In this document: piece after piece, positions 46,259 to 55,870 of the stretch
Position numbering within the stretch: position 1 is the first letter of the stretch
Layout: the number at the start of each line of letters is the position of its first letter
From: Candidatus Liptonbacteria bacterium
GTDB lineage: Bacteria > Patescibacteriota > Minisyncoccia > UBA6257 > 2-01-FULL-56-20
DNA length: 64,000 nucleotides
Direction of reading: 5' to 3'
NCBI GenBank assembly: GCA_023244895.1
Contig: JAHFLL010000001.1
Location: 489,802-553,801, forward strand
The notes under the pieces: model-generated
Databases searched by the model: none
What the model saw: the letters and a program-made list of their open reading frames with translations, nothing else
Told to the model about the DNA's origin: nothing
Program-made: the position numbers and the translations under genes

Positions 46259-47011
46259 TTACGACGTTTGCGCCTCCTTCTTTTCTTTATAAACCCCCGT
46301 CCACAACCACCAGCGAATACGAACCGTGTCCCAAAGAGTGGTAATGTAGGCAGACATACCTACGGTTGAATTAATATCATTTACCCAATGGACCGGAACT
46401 TCTTTAATCCTGAAACCGAACTTCTTGGCCAGAGCTAGAATCTCTACGTCAAACCCCCAACCTGCGATACGTGATAGCTTAAAAATCTTTTCCGCGGCTT
46501 CCGCCGAGAATGCCTTGAAACCGCACTGCGAATCCCAAACGCCGGGCAAAACCAGTATCTGAATAATCAGATTGCCTATCTTGCCGGGAATTTGGCGATA
46601 GATCGGCTGAGGCGGATCCAACTTACTCTCTTTATGCGCCCTGGAACAAATTACCACTCCATAACCCTCGTCGAAAAACGGGCGCATCTTTTCAAAGTGA
46701 TCAACCGTAGTGGCATTATCCGCATCCATGAAGAGGCGGTATTTGCCCTGCGCGACCAGCATACCCTGACGCACGGCGTTACCCTTGCTACCGATCTGCA
46801 ACTCCATCAAACGCAAGCCTTTTATAGTCGGCATCATTTTGCGGACTATCTCAGCGGTATTATCTTTAGAACCATTCTCCACCACTAAAATCTCATAATC
46901 GTAATCCACTCCCGACATACGCTTATCAATGTCAAGTAAAGTTATAGGCAGGCGCTTGGATTCGTTATGCGCCGGTATAATGACGGACAGAAAGGGCTGG
47001 CTAGGGCTCAT
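46259..47011 (-). CDS. Family 2 glycosyltransferase (dolichyl/polyprenyl-phosphate glycosyltransferase-like)
   Basis: The motifs SVIIPAHNESKRL, DADNAT (a DxD motif) and a GT-A fold pattern are present. Confidence 0.75.
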   Translation of the reverse strand: MSPSQPFLSVIIPAHNESKRLPITLLDIDKRMSGVDYDYEILVVENGSKDNTAEIVRKMMPTIKGLRLMELQIGSKGNAVRQGMLVAQGKYRLFMDADNATTVDHFEKMRPFFDEGYGVVICSRAHKESKLDPPQPIYRQIPGKIGNLIIQILVLPGVWDSQCGFKAFSAEAAEKIFKLSRIAGWGFDVEILALAKKFGFRIKEVPVHWVNDINSTVGMSAYITTLWDTVRIRWWLWTGVYKEKKEAQTS

Positions 47012-47179
47012 GCTGTTAATAATTTAGCCCGCAGAGCAGGCCTTTTTTAATACTTCGTCTGTCTTATTGTATCATGCCTAAAATATCAGAGCAACCTCCA
47101 GGAGGCCTTATTTTATAAGGCTAAAAATGGGTCGTCCCAGAAGACCCATCCGGGGGCGCAAGCATGGTTCGTAACGTTA

Positions 47180-47950
47180 TTACAAGGTCAACACCCTTGG
47201 GCCAGTCTTAGTTATGGCTATAGTATGTTCGAAATGCGCAGACAGAGAACCGTCCGCGGTGCGCACCGGCCACTCGCCCGGACGAGAACGGAGTTTGTAG
47301 CTTCCTGCTGTAATCATTGGCTCTATCGCCAAAACCATTCCTTCCGCCAATTCCAATCCTGTCCCCGGCCTGCCGAAACAAGGAACCGCCGGTTCCTCGT
47401 GAACAGCGTAACCAACTCCATGTCCTATCAGGTCGCGCACCACCGCGAAACCCGCCTCTTCGGATGTCTTCTGAATAGCATGACTTATGTCCCCTATACG
47501 ATTACCGACCCGCGCGACCGCAATGGCGGCTTCTAGCGCGCGTTTGGCAGTTTTGGTTAAACGTTCCGCTTCTTCGGAAACCTTGCCTATCATCACTGTA
47601 ACCGCCCCGTCCGAGTAGAATCCATCCAAGTTTACGCCCAAATCCAAACCCACAATATCCCCTTCCTGCAAAATAATATTGGGCAAGGGCACGCCGTGCA
47701 CCACCACGTCATTTACGGAAGTACACAAAGATGCCGGAAACTCATCTTCATCGTGGCCGGTATAACCTTTAAAACTAGGCTTCCCGCCAGAACGCAAAAT
47801 TTCCTGCTCCGCTATTTTATCCAGTTCCGCCGTAGAAACACCCGCCCGGGCTTCTTTTACCGCTAAAGCCAAAGCGCGCGCTAAAATATTACCGGAAGCG
47901 GCAATCTTTTCCACGTCTTCCCTGGACTTAAGCTTAAACGGTGGCTTCAT
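47180..47950 (-). CDS. map: Methionine aminopeptidase type I
   Basis: A pita-bread fold with metal ligands in DIVGLDLGVNLDGFYSDGAVTV and HGVGYAVHEEP. It is in the usual post-adk position. Confidence 0.9.
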   Translation of the reverse strand: MKPPFKLKSREDVEKIAASGNILARALALAVKEARAGVSTAELDKIAEQEILRSGGKPSFKGYTGHDEDEFPASLCTSVNDVVVHGVPLPNIILQEGDIVGLDLGVNLDGFYSDGAVTVMIGKVSEEAERLTKTAKRALEAAIAVARVGNRIGDISHAIQKTSEEAGFAVVRDLIGHGVGYAVHEEPAVPCFGRPGTGLELAEGMVLAIEPMITAGSYKLRSRPGEWPVRTADGSLSAHFEHTIAITKTGPRVLTL

Positions 47951-48543
47951 AAAACTTTGGATAAATAATCGGCTATACGTTTCTTGACCTCTTGGCGAGA
48001 GCCTAAGCCTGATATCTTCTTATGCTTATATTGAGAGTTGAAAAATTTTACCACCCGTGCGATATCCGTGCGATAGTACTTCATTCTATTTTTCATAGCT
48101 TCCGGGCTGTCATCCGGACGTCTAGTCAATTTACCATTAACCTTCTCTACTCTCAATTTCGCACGCCTAACTATTTCAACAAAGGGAATGAAAAGATAAA
48201 TAAAAAGCGGTTCGGAACGATTAGTTTTTTTAAGCAAGCCAGCCACCAGCTTAGCCTCGCTTATTTTCTTGGGTGTACCATTAAAAAGAATGCCTCGGTT
48301 GGTCGGTATTTTATTCAGTAAAAAATCACGGAATATGCCCCGCACAACCTCAGCCCTAGCGAGAATACCCTTGCCAGAACGATTAGCATAATCATATTTC
48401 TTGATTGAAATCGGCTTGCGTAGCTCGGCGCCCATATCAAGATTAAAAAGCTTGTATTTCTTTATCAAAAAACCAGCCTGGGTGGCTTTGCCCGCGTTCG
48501 GGTCCCCGAGCAGTATTATGTTTATCAGCTTGTTTTTACTCAT
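47947..48543 (-). CDS. Adenylate kinase-like nucleoside monophosphate kinase, divergent second paralog
   Basis: A P-loop reads GDPNAGKATQ, an NMP-binding-like region ILFNGTPKK, and a LID-like region RRPDDSPEAMKNRMKYY. It sits directly downstream of canonical adk. Confidence 0.6.
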   Translation of the reverse strand: MSKNKLINIILLGDPNAGKATQAGFLIKKYKLFNLDMGAELRKPISIKKYDYANRSGKGILARAEVVRGIFRDFLLNKIPTNRGILFNGTPKKISEAKLVAGLLKKTNRSEPLFIYLFIPFVEIVRRAKLRVEKVNGKLTRRPDDSPEAMKNRMKYYRTDIARVVKFFNSQYKHKKISGLGSRQEVKKRIADYLSKVL

Positions 48544-49117
48544 GTATATCCAAAACCCTAAAGATCTCCTCGGTTACCTCTTCTATGGAGGGAGTTCCGT
48601 CTATCTCAACAAATTGAGTCTTTGTCTTCATGTAATCCAAAATCGGTAGGGTGGCAGTTTCGTGTTCTTTAAGGCGGGACTCTATAGACTCACGGGTGTC
48701 GTCCGCCCGATGCTCTATTTCCGCACGCAAGAGCAAGCGCTTAATAGATTCCTCTCGAGGCAGGTCAATATATAAGGTCATAAGATTTTTGTACTCCCGA
48801 CCGGCAAGATAATTGAATAAATATTCCGCCTGGCCCATTCGGCGTGGGATGCCGTCAAAAATTATTCCCTGTGCCGAAGGCAATGTTTTAAGCCTGGGTT
48901 CAATCACTTCAATTAATTGCTTGTCGCTGAGGTAATTTCCAGCATCCATAATTTCTCCCGGGGTTAGCCCGTCGGATAACTTAAACTCCTTGGAAGCACG
49001 CAAAATGCCACCCATTTCCCAATAATACATATTTAGTTTTTCAGCCAAAATACGGGCCTGGGTGCCCTTACCACAGCCCTGCGGACCCATAATGAAGATA
49101 ATCTCGGGGGTTTGCAT
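48536..49117 (-). CDS. adk: Adenylate kinase
   Basis: IFIMGPQGCGKGTQ, GIIFDGIPRRMGQAE and RADDTRESIESRL are all present. It is in the standard position after secY. Confidence 0.9.
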   Translation of the reverse strand: MQTPEIIFIMGPQGCGKGTQARILAEKLNMYYWEMGGILRASKEFKLSDGLTPGEIMDAGNYLSDKQLIEVIEPRLKTLPSAQGIIFDGIPRRMGQAEYLFNYLAGREYKNLMTLYIDLPREESIKRLLLRAEIEHRADDTRESIESRLKEHETATLPILDYMKTKTQFVEIDGTPSIEEVTEEIFRVLDIHE

Positions 49118-49155
49118 GGAGCTAATAATAACCCGAAACTGGCCCCAAAATAAAG

Positions 49156-50430
49156 CTATTCAATACCCTCGTATTCACGCACCGTGAGCTGAGAACTGAT
49201 CTGGCGCATAGATTCCAAGGCTACAGCAACAACGATTAAAAGCGCTGTGCCGCTTACATTCAAGACGGAAACCTTGGTTATATATTGAACGATGATAGGC
49301 AGAATAGCTATCAATCCCAAGAAGCCAGCACCGAAGAAGGTCACCTTGTTAACGATGGAAGAGAAGAATTTAGATGTGGCCTCGCCGGGTCTAATGCCGG
49401 GCACGAATCCACCGCCCCTTTGCAAATTCTTCGCGATTTCTTCAGGGTTAAAGGTAATGGCGGTGTAGAAATAGGTGAAAGCAAAGACCAGCGCGAAATA
49501 AACTATTCCATACAAAATCTGGTTGGCCATAAATTTAGACACCCAGCCGTTTAGGGTTAAAGCCAAAGCGGGAGAAAAAACAGAAGAGATTTGGGCGATA
49601 AATTGCGGGAAGAGTAAAACGGAGATGGCGAAGATAAGCGGTATCATGCCAGCCTGGTTTACCTTTAAAGGTAAGTAGCTGGAAACTCCGCCGAACATCT
49701 TTATGCCACGCACACGTCTAGCATAAGTCACGGGGATCTTACGCTCGCCTTCATTCAGATAAACCACGCCCGCTATGACCAGCACCAAAACTATCACAAA
49801 TCCGATGTAGGCCGGCAAAAGGGAGGGCTGATAGCCGTTCCAAGCCTGTTGGATACTCCGAGGCAAGCCACTTACGATACCCGCCAAGATAATTAAGGAA
49901 ACACCGTTGCCGATTTTCTGTTCGGAGATAAGCTCACCCAGCCAAAGAGTCAACATTGACCCCGCGGTTACGGCCAAAACGTTTGCGACCAGACCCCAGG
50001 CAGTGTCGGGACGAGTTATCGCGCCTTGCGAAACTAAAATATTTAAGAAACCGTAAGACTGAAGTAGGGCCAAAGGTACCGTTAAAATTCTGGAATACTG
50101 ATTGAACTTCGCCTGCCCGCGCGCGCCATCTTCGTAGTACATCTCCTTGAACTTCGGAAAGATGATGGTGAGAAGCTGCATAATGATGGTGGCGGTAATA
50201 TAAGGACCGACACCGAGCATCGCTAGAGATAAATTGGAAAGACCGCCACCCGAGAAAAGATTTAAGAAACCCAATAGCTGGTTGGATTGGAACAGATCCC
50301 GCAAACGCATAATATCTACCCCGGGAATAGGGATGTTGGCCAGTAGTCTAAAAGCTACTAAAAGACCCAAGACAATTAGCACCTTGCGGCGCAGGTCCGG
50401 TATTTTGAATATTTGGATTAGTTTATTCAT
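49156..50430 (-). CDS. secY: Preprotein translocase subunit SecY
   Basis: A 424-aa protein with 10 TM helices and the SecY N-terminus FKIPDLRRKVLIVLGLL. Confidence 0.95.
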   Translation of the reverse strand: MNKLIQIFKIPDLRRKVLIVLGLLVAFRLLANIPIPGVDIMRLRDLFQSNQLLGFLNLFSGGGLSNLSLAMLGVGPYITATIIMQLLTIIFPKFKEMYYEDGARGQAKFNQYSRILTVPLALLQSYGFLNILVSQGAITRPDTAWGLVANVLAVTAGSMLTLWLGELISEQKIGNGVSLIILAGIVSGLPRSIQQAWNGYQPSLLPAYIGFVIVLVLVIAGVVYLNEGERKIPVTYARRVRGIKMFGGVSSYLPLKVNQAGMIPLIFAISVLLFPQFIAQISSVFSPALALTLNGWVSKFMANQILYGIVYFALVFAFTYFYTAITFNPEEIAKNLQRGGGFVPGIRPGEATSKFFSSIVNKVTFFGAGFLGLIAILPIIVQYITKVSVLNVSGTALLIVVAVALESMRQISSQLTVREYEGIE

Positions 50431-50511
50431 ATTGGTTGGAAGATAGAAGCTAGTAGCTAGAAGTTAGTGCCCGGACCATGCTTCATATTACCAAATTCTA
50501 ATTCCTCATCC

Positions 50512-50949
50512 CTAGTTTACAACCTTACCGCCCGCCTTCTCAATCTTAAGCTTAGCGCTCGCGGAAACTTTCAAGCCCTTCAGAGTAATCGGAAAATCTA
50601 TATTGCCATCACCCAGTATCTTGATTGGACCATTAAAGCGCATGGGCACAACCTTGAGGGCGCGCAGGGTTGCTAAGTCTAGTAATACCGACTTATCCCC
50701 CACCTTGCTCTTAAGGGAAGCTAAATTGGATAAATTAATAACGAAGGACTTCTCGGTAGTCGGTTTATTGCGAAAACCACGTTTCTTAGGCAGGCGGATG
50801 ATAAGATCCCGCAAGGCCGGACGAATCTTGTGCCCAGCGCGAGACTTTTGACCCTTAATACCGCGACCGGAGTAAGAACCTCTCTTGCCGCTACGGCCAA
50901 TACGAGGCTTGGGAGATTTAGTTGTTTTTGTAAGGTTGTGGAGTTGCAT
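50512..50949 (-). CDS. rplO: 50S ribosomal protein L15
   Basis: MQLHNLTKTTKSPKPRIGRSGKRGSYSGRGIKGQKSRAGHKIRP is typical L15. It directly follows rpsE with no rpmD between them. Confidence 0.9.
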   Translation of the reverse strand: MQLHNLTKTTKSPKPRIGRSGKRGSYSGRGIKGQKSRAGHKIRPALRDLIIRLPKKRGFRNKPTTEKSFVINLSNLASLKSKVGDKSVLLDLATLRALKVVPMRFNGPIKILGDGNIDFPITLKGLKVSASAKLKIEKAGGKVVN

Positions 50950-50957
50950 GTCGGTAT

Positions 50958-51425
50958 TTATTTGGCGGACGGTTTAATCTGGCGCAAGGCTTCCAGCGCA
51001 GCCAAAGCATTGGTTAGCTTATTGGGGGTCCTGCCTAAACATTTCGCGGTGGCATCCTTTATGCCGGCCAAGCTCAAAACGAAACGAACCGCGCCACCCG
51101 CCTTAAGACCATGACCGGAACCAGCTGGCTTAATGACCACCTTGGCAGCACTATACTTAGCATGAACTTCATGAGGAATGGTGCGACCATCTCGCAAGAC
51201 AACCGTAACCATACTTTTCTTGCCCTCCAGCTTGGCCTTGTTGACGGAGCTAGCTACGTCTAAGCCCTTGGCCACACCCACACCCACTCTGCCTTTCTCA
51301 TCGCCAATCACCACGGTGGCACGGAAGCGAAATCTTTTTCCGCCCGCAACCACGCGCGTTACACGGCGTAAGTCCAAAACCTTTTCTTTGAATTCGTCTT
51401 TTTTAGCGTATCTGTCGCGTACCAT
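50958..51425 (-). CDS. rpsE: 30S ribosomal protein S5
   Basis: Core S5 dsRBD-like and C-terminal domains are present (GRVGVGVAKGLDVASSV...GSGHGLKAGGAVRFVL). Confidence 0.9.
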   Translation of the reverse strand: MVRDRYAKKDEFKEKVLDLRRVTRVVAGGKRFRFRATVVIGDEKGRVGVGVAKGLDVASSVNKAKLEGKKSMVTVVLRDGRTIPHEVHAKYSAAKVVIKPAGSGHGLKAGGAVRFVLSLAGIKDATAKCLGRTPNKLTNALAALEALRQIKPSAK

Positions 51426-51429
51426 ATTT

Positions 51430-51792
51430 TTACATTTTTATTCCTCCCTTACGTACCGTCTCCGCCAATGCCTTTATCCGACCATGATAAGCATAACCGC
51501 GGCGATCAAAAACAACACTTGAGACCTTGGCGGCTTGCGCCTTTTTAACGATAATTTCTCCCAGCATTACCGCTTGCTCGGTCTTATTTTTCTTTAAAGA
51601 CGCCTTCTCTAGCTCGCGGGAAGTAACGGCAAACAACGTCACGCCCTTCACATCGTCAATCGCCTGGGCGATCATCCCCTTATTGCTGCGAAAAACCGTA
51701 AGGCGGGGACGCTCCGCGCTACCGGATATGCGCGCGCGAGTGCGCCCGATGCGGCGAGTGCGTATTTGATTTAGTTTCTTAGAAGAGTTCAT
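51430..51792 (-). CDS. rplR: 50S ribosomal protein L18
   Basis: RPRLTVFRSNKGMIAQAIDD...FDRRGYAYHGRIKALAETVRKGG. Confidence 0.9.
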   Translation of the reverse strand: MNSSKKLNQIRTRRIGRTRARISGSAERPRLTVFRSNKGMIAQAIDDVKGVTLFAVTSRELEKASLKKNKTEQAVMLGEIIVKKAQAAKVSSVVFDRRGYAYHGRIKALAETVRKGGIKM

Positions 51793-51810
51793 ATTGATTC
51801 AATTTATTCT

Positions 51811-52356
51811 CTAGCCTCCGGAAGTGGTAGCTTTCTTGCCGGCCTTACGACGGATTACCTCGCCCCGATAATGGATACCCTTGCCCTTATACGGCTCCGG
51901 CTTCTTGAGCTTACGAATCTCCGCGGCAACCTGACCGACTTGTTCCTTATTGTTGCCAGAAATGGAAATGGCATTTTTCTCTACCGTAATGGTTATGCCC
52001 TGAGGGATCGGGAACCTAACCGGATGAACATAGCCCAGAGAGATAACGAGAGCCTGACCTTCCAGCGCCGCCTTATAGCCTACGCCTTCTATCTCTAGAA
52101 CCTTGCCATAACCTTCTGTTACGCCCAAGATGGAGTTTCTGGCCAAAGACCAAACCGTCCCCACATTAGCACGATTCTGCTTTGCGGTCTTCTCGGTGCT
52201 AACGGATATTTCATTGCCATTCACGGCAACGTTTATCCCATATGGGATGTTTACCGTGAGCTCCCCCTTGGGGCCTTTAACACTCAAGACAGAACCATCC
52301 GAAGACACGGTTACGCCGGAAGGAATTATTAGTGGTTTTTTAGCTAATCTAGACAT
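51811..52356 (-). CDS. rplF: 50S ribosomal protein L6
   Basis: Two L6 alpha/beta domains are present. The N-terminus reads SRLAKKPLIIPSGVTV. Confidence 0.9.
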   Translation of the reverse strand: MSRLAKKPLIIPSGVTVSSDGSVLSVKGPKGELTVNIPYGINVAVNGNEISVSTEKTAKQNRANVGTVWSLARNSILGVTEGYGKVLEIEGVGYKAALEGQALVISLGYVHPVRFPIPQGITITVEKNAISISGNNKEQVGQVAAEIRKLKKPEPYKGKGIHYRGEVIRRKAGKKATTSGG

Positions 52357-52359
52357 GGT

Positions 52360-52740
52360 TTACCAAACTTCACACAAATATTCTCCTCCGACCTTATCTT
52401 GCTTTGCCTTCTTGCCGGAAACAACTCCCTGAGGGGTAGAAAGAATAGCGTTGCCATAGCCCTGACGAACCGGTTTAAGAGAGCGATAATCCGAATAGAT
52501 ATGACGGCTAGGCTTGCTTATTATTCTAAAATCGGTCATGCCCGGACGGCCGGCGCGATATTTCAATTTTATCTCTAACAAAGATTTCTTGGCCGAGCCG
52601 CGCTTTTCCGCTTCCTTTATATATCCTGTTTCAACCAAAACCTTCCCGACCGCCAAATCAAAATTAGAAAAAGGCATCTGGAAAGATTCCTGGCGGGCAG
52701 CTTGAGCATTTTTTATTCTGGCCAATAAATCGTAAAACAT
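52360..52740 (-). CDS. rpsH: 30S ribosomal protein S8
   Basis: MFYDLLARIKNAQAARQES is an S8 N-terminus. The start is placed at the internal ATG 32 nt after the S14 stop. The track ORF 52360..52890 would overlap rpsZ. Confidence 0.85.
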   Translation of the reverse strand: MFYDLLARIKNAQAARQESFQMPFSNFDLAVGKVLVETGYIKEAEKRGSAKKSLLEIKLKYRAGRPGMTDFRIISKPSRHIYSDYRSLKPVRQGYGNAILSTPQGVVSGKKAKQDKVGGEYLCEVW

Positions 52741-52772
52741 TTTTTTGATTAATTCGGATATTTCTTTCGTGA

Positions 52773-52958
52773 TTACCAAGACGACTTTCTTACTCCTGGA
52801 ATTTCGCCTTTGGTAGCCATCTCTCGGAAGCAAATACGGCAAATCCCGAAGGTGCGCATGAAGCCACGCTTGCGTCCGCAACGAAAACAACGCCGGACCT
52901 CTCGGGTGGAAAACTTGGGCTTCTTTTTACTGCGCGCGATTACGGATTGTTTAGCCAT
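52773..52958 (-). CDS. rpsZ: 30S ribosomal protein S14, type Z (zinc-binding)
   Basis: A 61-aa protein with a [24 protein letters not shown]4 motif. Confidence 0.9.
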   Translation of the reverse strand: MAKQSVIARSKKKPKFSTREVRRCFRCGRKRGFMRTFGICRICFREMATKGEIPGVRKSSW

Positions 52959-52959
52959 A

Positions 52960-53469
52960 TTATTTCTTAAATGGTACCCCGAGTTCCTTATACGACTCCA
53001 GACTCTCTGCGCGCTTATGCTTACGTGGTACCAGGTTCACGCCTAGAGAAAAAGCGAATCCGGATTCCTCCGGGTTTATCTCCGGGAAAACATACTGGTC
53101 CCGAAAACCAATATTAAGCACACCTCCCTTATCTACCGAGTCCTGACTTATACCGCTAAAGTCGCGCACGCGAGGCAGGACTATTGTAAGCAACCTGGTC
53201 AAAAAATCAATCATTTTCTGGCGACGCAAAGTCACCCGCAGACCAACCACCTGTCCCTCGCGAATCTTGAAACCCGCGATGGACTTACGCGCCCGACGAA
53301 TCTGAGGTTTTTGGCCAACGACAACAGATAAATCCCGGATGATCTGGGGCAGAACCTTGTCTTCAAAATTGGGTTGCTGGCTGGCGCGCCCAACACCCGC
53401 GTTTATTATTATTTTTTCAAACGCGTTGCGGGGACTTATAGAAGATTTGTGGGCTGGCTTAGTAGTCAT
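52960..53469 (-). CDS. rplE: 50S ribosomal protein L5
   Basis: L5 core ([12 protein letters not shown]...GFAFSLGV). The internal ATG (MTTKPAHK) is chosen so that the gene abuts rplX rather than overlapping it by 28 nt. Confidence 0.85.
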   Translation of the reverse strand: MTTKPAHKSSISPRNAFEKIIINAGVGRASQQPNFEDKVLPQIIRDLSVVVGQKPQIRRARKSIAGFKIREGQVVGLRVTLRRQKMIDFLTRLLTIVLPRVRDFSGISQDSVDKGGVLNIGFRDQYVFPEINPEESGFAFSLGVNLVPRKHKRAESLESYKELGVPFKK

Positions 53470-53471
53470 AT

Positions 53472-53777
53472 TTATGTGGAGGATTGGCACTTGCGGCAAA
53501 ATCTGACCTTTTGATTGCCCTCTTTGCGCATACCTAAACGCGTCGGCTCCTTACAATTGCTGCAAATCAGAAGAACGTTGGAAGCATTAAGCGGACGAAC
53601 CACGGTCACGGTTTCTCCTTTCTGGCCCTGCTTTTTAGGACGCATTCTCTTTTTATAGGAGTTGATGCCTTCTATTGAAATCCTATTCGCCTCAGAAAGA
53701 ACCTTAAGCACGGTCCCGGTCTTACCCCGATCCTTGCCTGCGATTATTTTTACCTGATCTCCCTTTTTAATACGCAT
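53472..53777 (-). CDS. rplX: 50S ribosomal protein L24 with a C-terminal Cys4 extension
   Basis: The KOW motif reads MRIKKGDQVKIIAGKDRGKTGTV. The C-terminal tail reads CSNCKEPTRLGMRKEGNQKVRFCRKC. Confidence 0.85.
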   Translation of the reverse strand: MRIKKGDQVKIIAGKDRGKTGTVLKVLSEANRISIEGINSYKKRMRPKKQGQKGETVTVVRPLNASNVLLICSNCKEPTRLGMRKEGNQKVRFCRKCQSST

Positions 53778-53779
53778 GA

Positions 53780-54148
53780 TTATACTATTTCTTCCGCCAT
53801 GGTCATCAGTTTTTCGTAACCTTTGGCTTTAAGCTCGCGCGGCATTGGACCGAAAACGCGGGTCGCGACTGGTTCCTTCTTGGCATCCACTAATACCACT
53901 GCGTTCTCGTCAAAACGAATGTAGGAACCATCCTGGCGGCGCAAGGCTTTCTTCTGGCGGACGATAACAGCCTTAACAATATCTTTCTTCTTCACGCTCT
54001 TGCGGGGCTCGGCGGACTGAACGGAGGCAACAATTATATCCCCTACTTGGGCATAGCGGCGACGAGTACCACCCAGAATTCGGAAACAGCGCACCATTTT
54101 CGCGCCACTGTTGTCCGCTGCTTTTAATATCGCTCTTTCTTGTATCAT
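53780..54148 (-). CDS. rplN: 50S ribosomal protein L14
   Basis: MIQERAILKAADNSGAKMVRCF... Confidence 0.95.
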   Translation of the reverse strand: MIQERAILKAADNSGAKMVRCFRILGGTRRRYAQVGDIIVASVQSAEPRKSVKKKDIVKAVIVRQKKALRRQDGSYIRFDENAVVLVDAKKEPVATRVFGPMPRELKAKGYEKLMTMAEEIV

Positions 54149-54149
54149 G

Positions 54150-54410
54150 TTAGTCCTTGATTATTTCCCAGCGCTTATCGCGAGAAAGCGGCCTGGTTTC
54201 ACGGATAGTTACCTCTTCGCCCTTTTTGGTCGCATTCATTTCGTCGTGCACCTTGAATCTCTTGGTTACCTTGTAATAGCGCAAATACTTGGGGTGCTTA
54301 CGCAGTCTAGTAATAGCTACCACGCGGGTTTTATTCATCTTATCCGAAACCACCACTCCCACGAGGGTGCGACGGATAACCTTTTTGTCTGTTGGAGTAA
54401 TTACGGCCAT
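54150..54410 (-). CDS. rpsQ: 30S ribosomal protein S17
   Basis: An OB-fold S17 (RTLVGVVVSDKMNKTRVV...). Confidence 0.9.
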   Translation of the reverse strand: MAVITPTDKKVIRRTLVGVVVSDKMNKTRVVAITRLRKHPKYLRYYKVTKRFKVHDEMNATKKGEEVTIRETRPLSRDKRWEIIKD

Positions 54411-54412
54411 GA

Positions 54413-54616
54413 TTATTTAGATTCTGGTTTTTGATGAATAAAAGTAAGCAAGCGCGCGATGGTTTTGCGCACGTGTCGCAACTCACTCACATTCTTAACC
54501 TTTCCAGCAACCAAGTCAAACCGAAGCGTGCGCAGTTTCTCATGCTGTTCTTTGAGCATCTTCTCCTGCTCTGCCAAAGGCTTGCTCTTCAATTCTTGAA
54601 CTTCTTTGAGTTTCAT
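54413..54616 (-). CDS. rpmC: 50S ribosomal protein L29
   Basis: MKLKEVQELKSKPLAEQEKMLKEQHEKLRTLRFDLVAGKV. Confidence 0.9.
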   Translation of the reverse strand: MKLKEVQELKSKPLAEQEKMLKEQHEKLRTLRFDLVAGKVKNVSELRHVRKTIARLLTFIHQKPESK

Positions 54617-54617
54617 A

Positions 54618-55028
54618 TTAGCGGGATATTATTCTGGTTTTAAAAGGCAGCTTGTAACCGGCCAAACGCAAAGCTTCGTGGGCCTTTGCGGCGCTCGGCG
54701 CATCCATCTCAAAAATGACTCTACCGGGTCGAACAATGTAGACATAATATTCTACCGCGCCCTTTCCGCCACCCATGGTGGTCTCGGGCGGACGCTTGGT
54801 AATCGGCTTATCCGGGAAAACTCTTATCCAAAGACGTCCCTCACGCTTCATAAAGTTGGTAATCGTGCGCCGGGCGGATTCAATTTGGCGAGAATTAAGG
54901 CGGGCGGACTCCAGAGCCTTGATACCGTAGTGGCCGTAGCTCAATTCCAAACCACGCGTCTCAATCTGACGATCCTTGTTGCGGCCCTTGTGCCACTTTC
55001 TGTGTTTTACCTTCTTGGGAATAAGCAT
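54618..55028 (-). CDS. rplP: 50S ribosomal protein L16
   Basis: MLIPKKVKHRKWHKGR...GKGAVEYYVYIVRPGRVIFEM. Confidence 0.95.
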   Translation of the reverse strand: MLIPKKVKHRKWHKGRNKDRQIETRGLELSYGHYGIKALESARLNSRQIESARRTITNFMKREGRLWIRVFPDKPITKRPPETTMGGGKGAVEYYVYIVRPGRVIFEMDAPSAAKAHEALRLAGYKLPFKTRIISR

Positions 55029-55062
55029 GTTAACTAAATAAAATTAAAATATGGGAACGGAA

Positions 55063-55821
55063 TTATCTGTATCTGTTATTTCTGCGTTCGTTGCGGCTAT
55101 TTTGTTCCTTCTCTTTGTCCGCCTGTTTGTCTTCAAAAACCTCTCCCTTATAAACCCATATCTTGACTCCAATAGTACCGTAAGTAGTAGTCGCGGTCGC
55201 GGTACCGTAGTCAATATTCGCGCGCAAGGTCTGAAGCGGGAGTGGACCCTGCTTCATGCTCTCGGTGCGGGCTATTTCCGCTCCGTCTAACCGGCCGGAA
55301 ACCATAATCTTGGCGCCCTTCACGTCCCGGCTCTGCATCATCTGTTCCAAATACTTTCGGATAGTCCGGCGGAAGGTCATTCTGCGCTCCAGGTCCCATG
55401 CAATTTGTTGAGCGACATAGGCGGCAGAAACATCTGTGCGCTTCAACTCCTCCACATTAACAGACAGAGAAGAGCTGGACTTGGTTTTATATCCCAAGCG
55501 CACGCTTCGCAATGCTTTCTCTATTGCCTTGCTTAGATCCTCTATGCCCTTACCGCCCTGCCCGATTACAAAACCAGGACGGGCCGCGCGGATTAAGACG
55601 CGCAAGTTGTTGGTAGTACGCTCAATCTCTATGGCAGCTATTCCGGCCTGGCCTATTTTTTCACGGATTATATTGCGGATAGCTTCGTCCTCCGCCAGGT
55701 AGCGATGATAGAAATATCTGCCGGTGTGCGAACCCTCCCCTTTCCCGGCGAAAAACCAGCGGGCTGGCCACTTTTTGTTTACCTGCAGACGATACGAAGT
55801 TGGATTAATCTTGTGACCCAT
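55063..55821 (-). CDS. rpsC: 30S ribosomal protein S3
   Basis: MGHKINPTSYRLQVNKKWPARWF..., with KH and S3-C domains. Confidence 0.95.
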   Translation of the reverse strand: MGHKINPTSYRLQVNKKWPARWFFAGKGEGSHTGRYFYHRYLAEDEAIRNIIREKIGQAGIAAIEIERTTNNLRVLIRAARPGFVIGQGGKGIEDLSKAIEKALRSVRLGYKTKSSSSLSVNVEELKRTDVSAAYVAQQIAWDLERRMTFRRTIRKYLEQMMQSRDVKGAKIMVSGRLDGAEIARTESMKQGPLPLQTLRANIDYGTATATTTYGTIGVKIWVYKGEVFEDKQADKEKEQNSRNERRNNRYR

Positions 55822-55870
55822 AGTTGTTTAGCTTGCCTATTCTACTTAAAAATTTATTATCCGTAAACCT

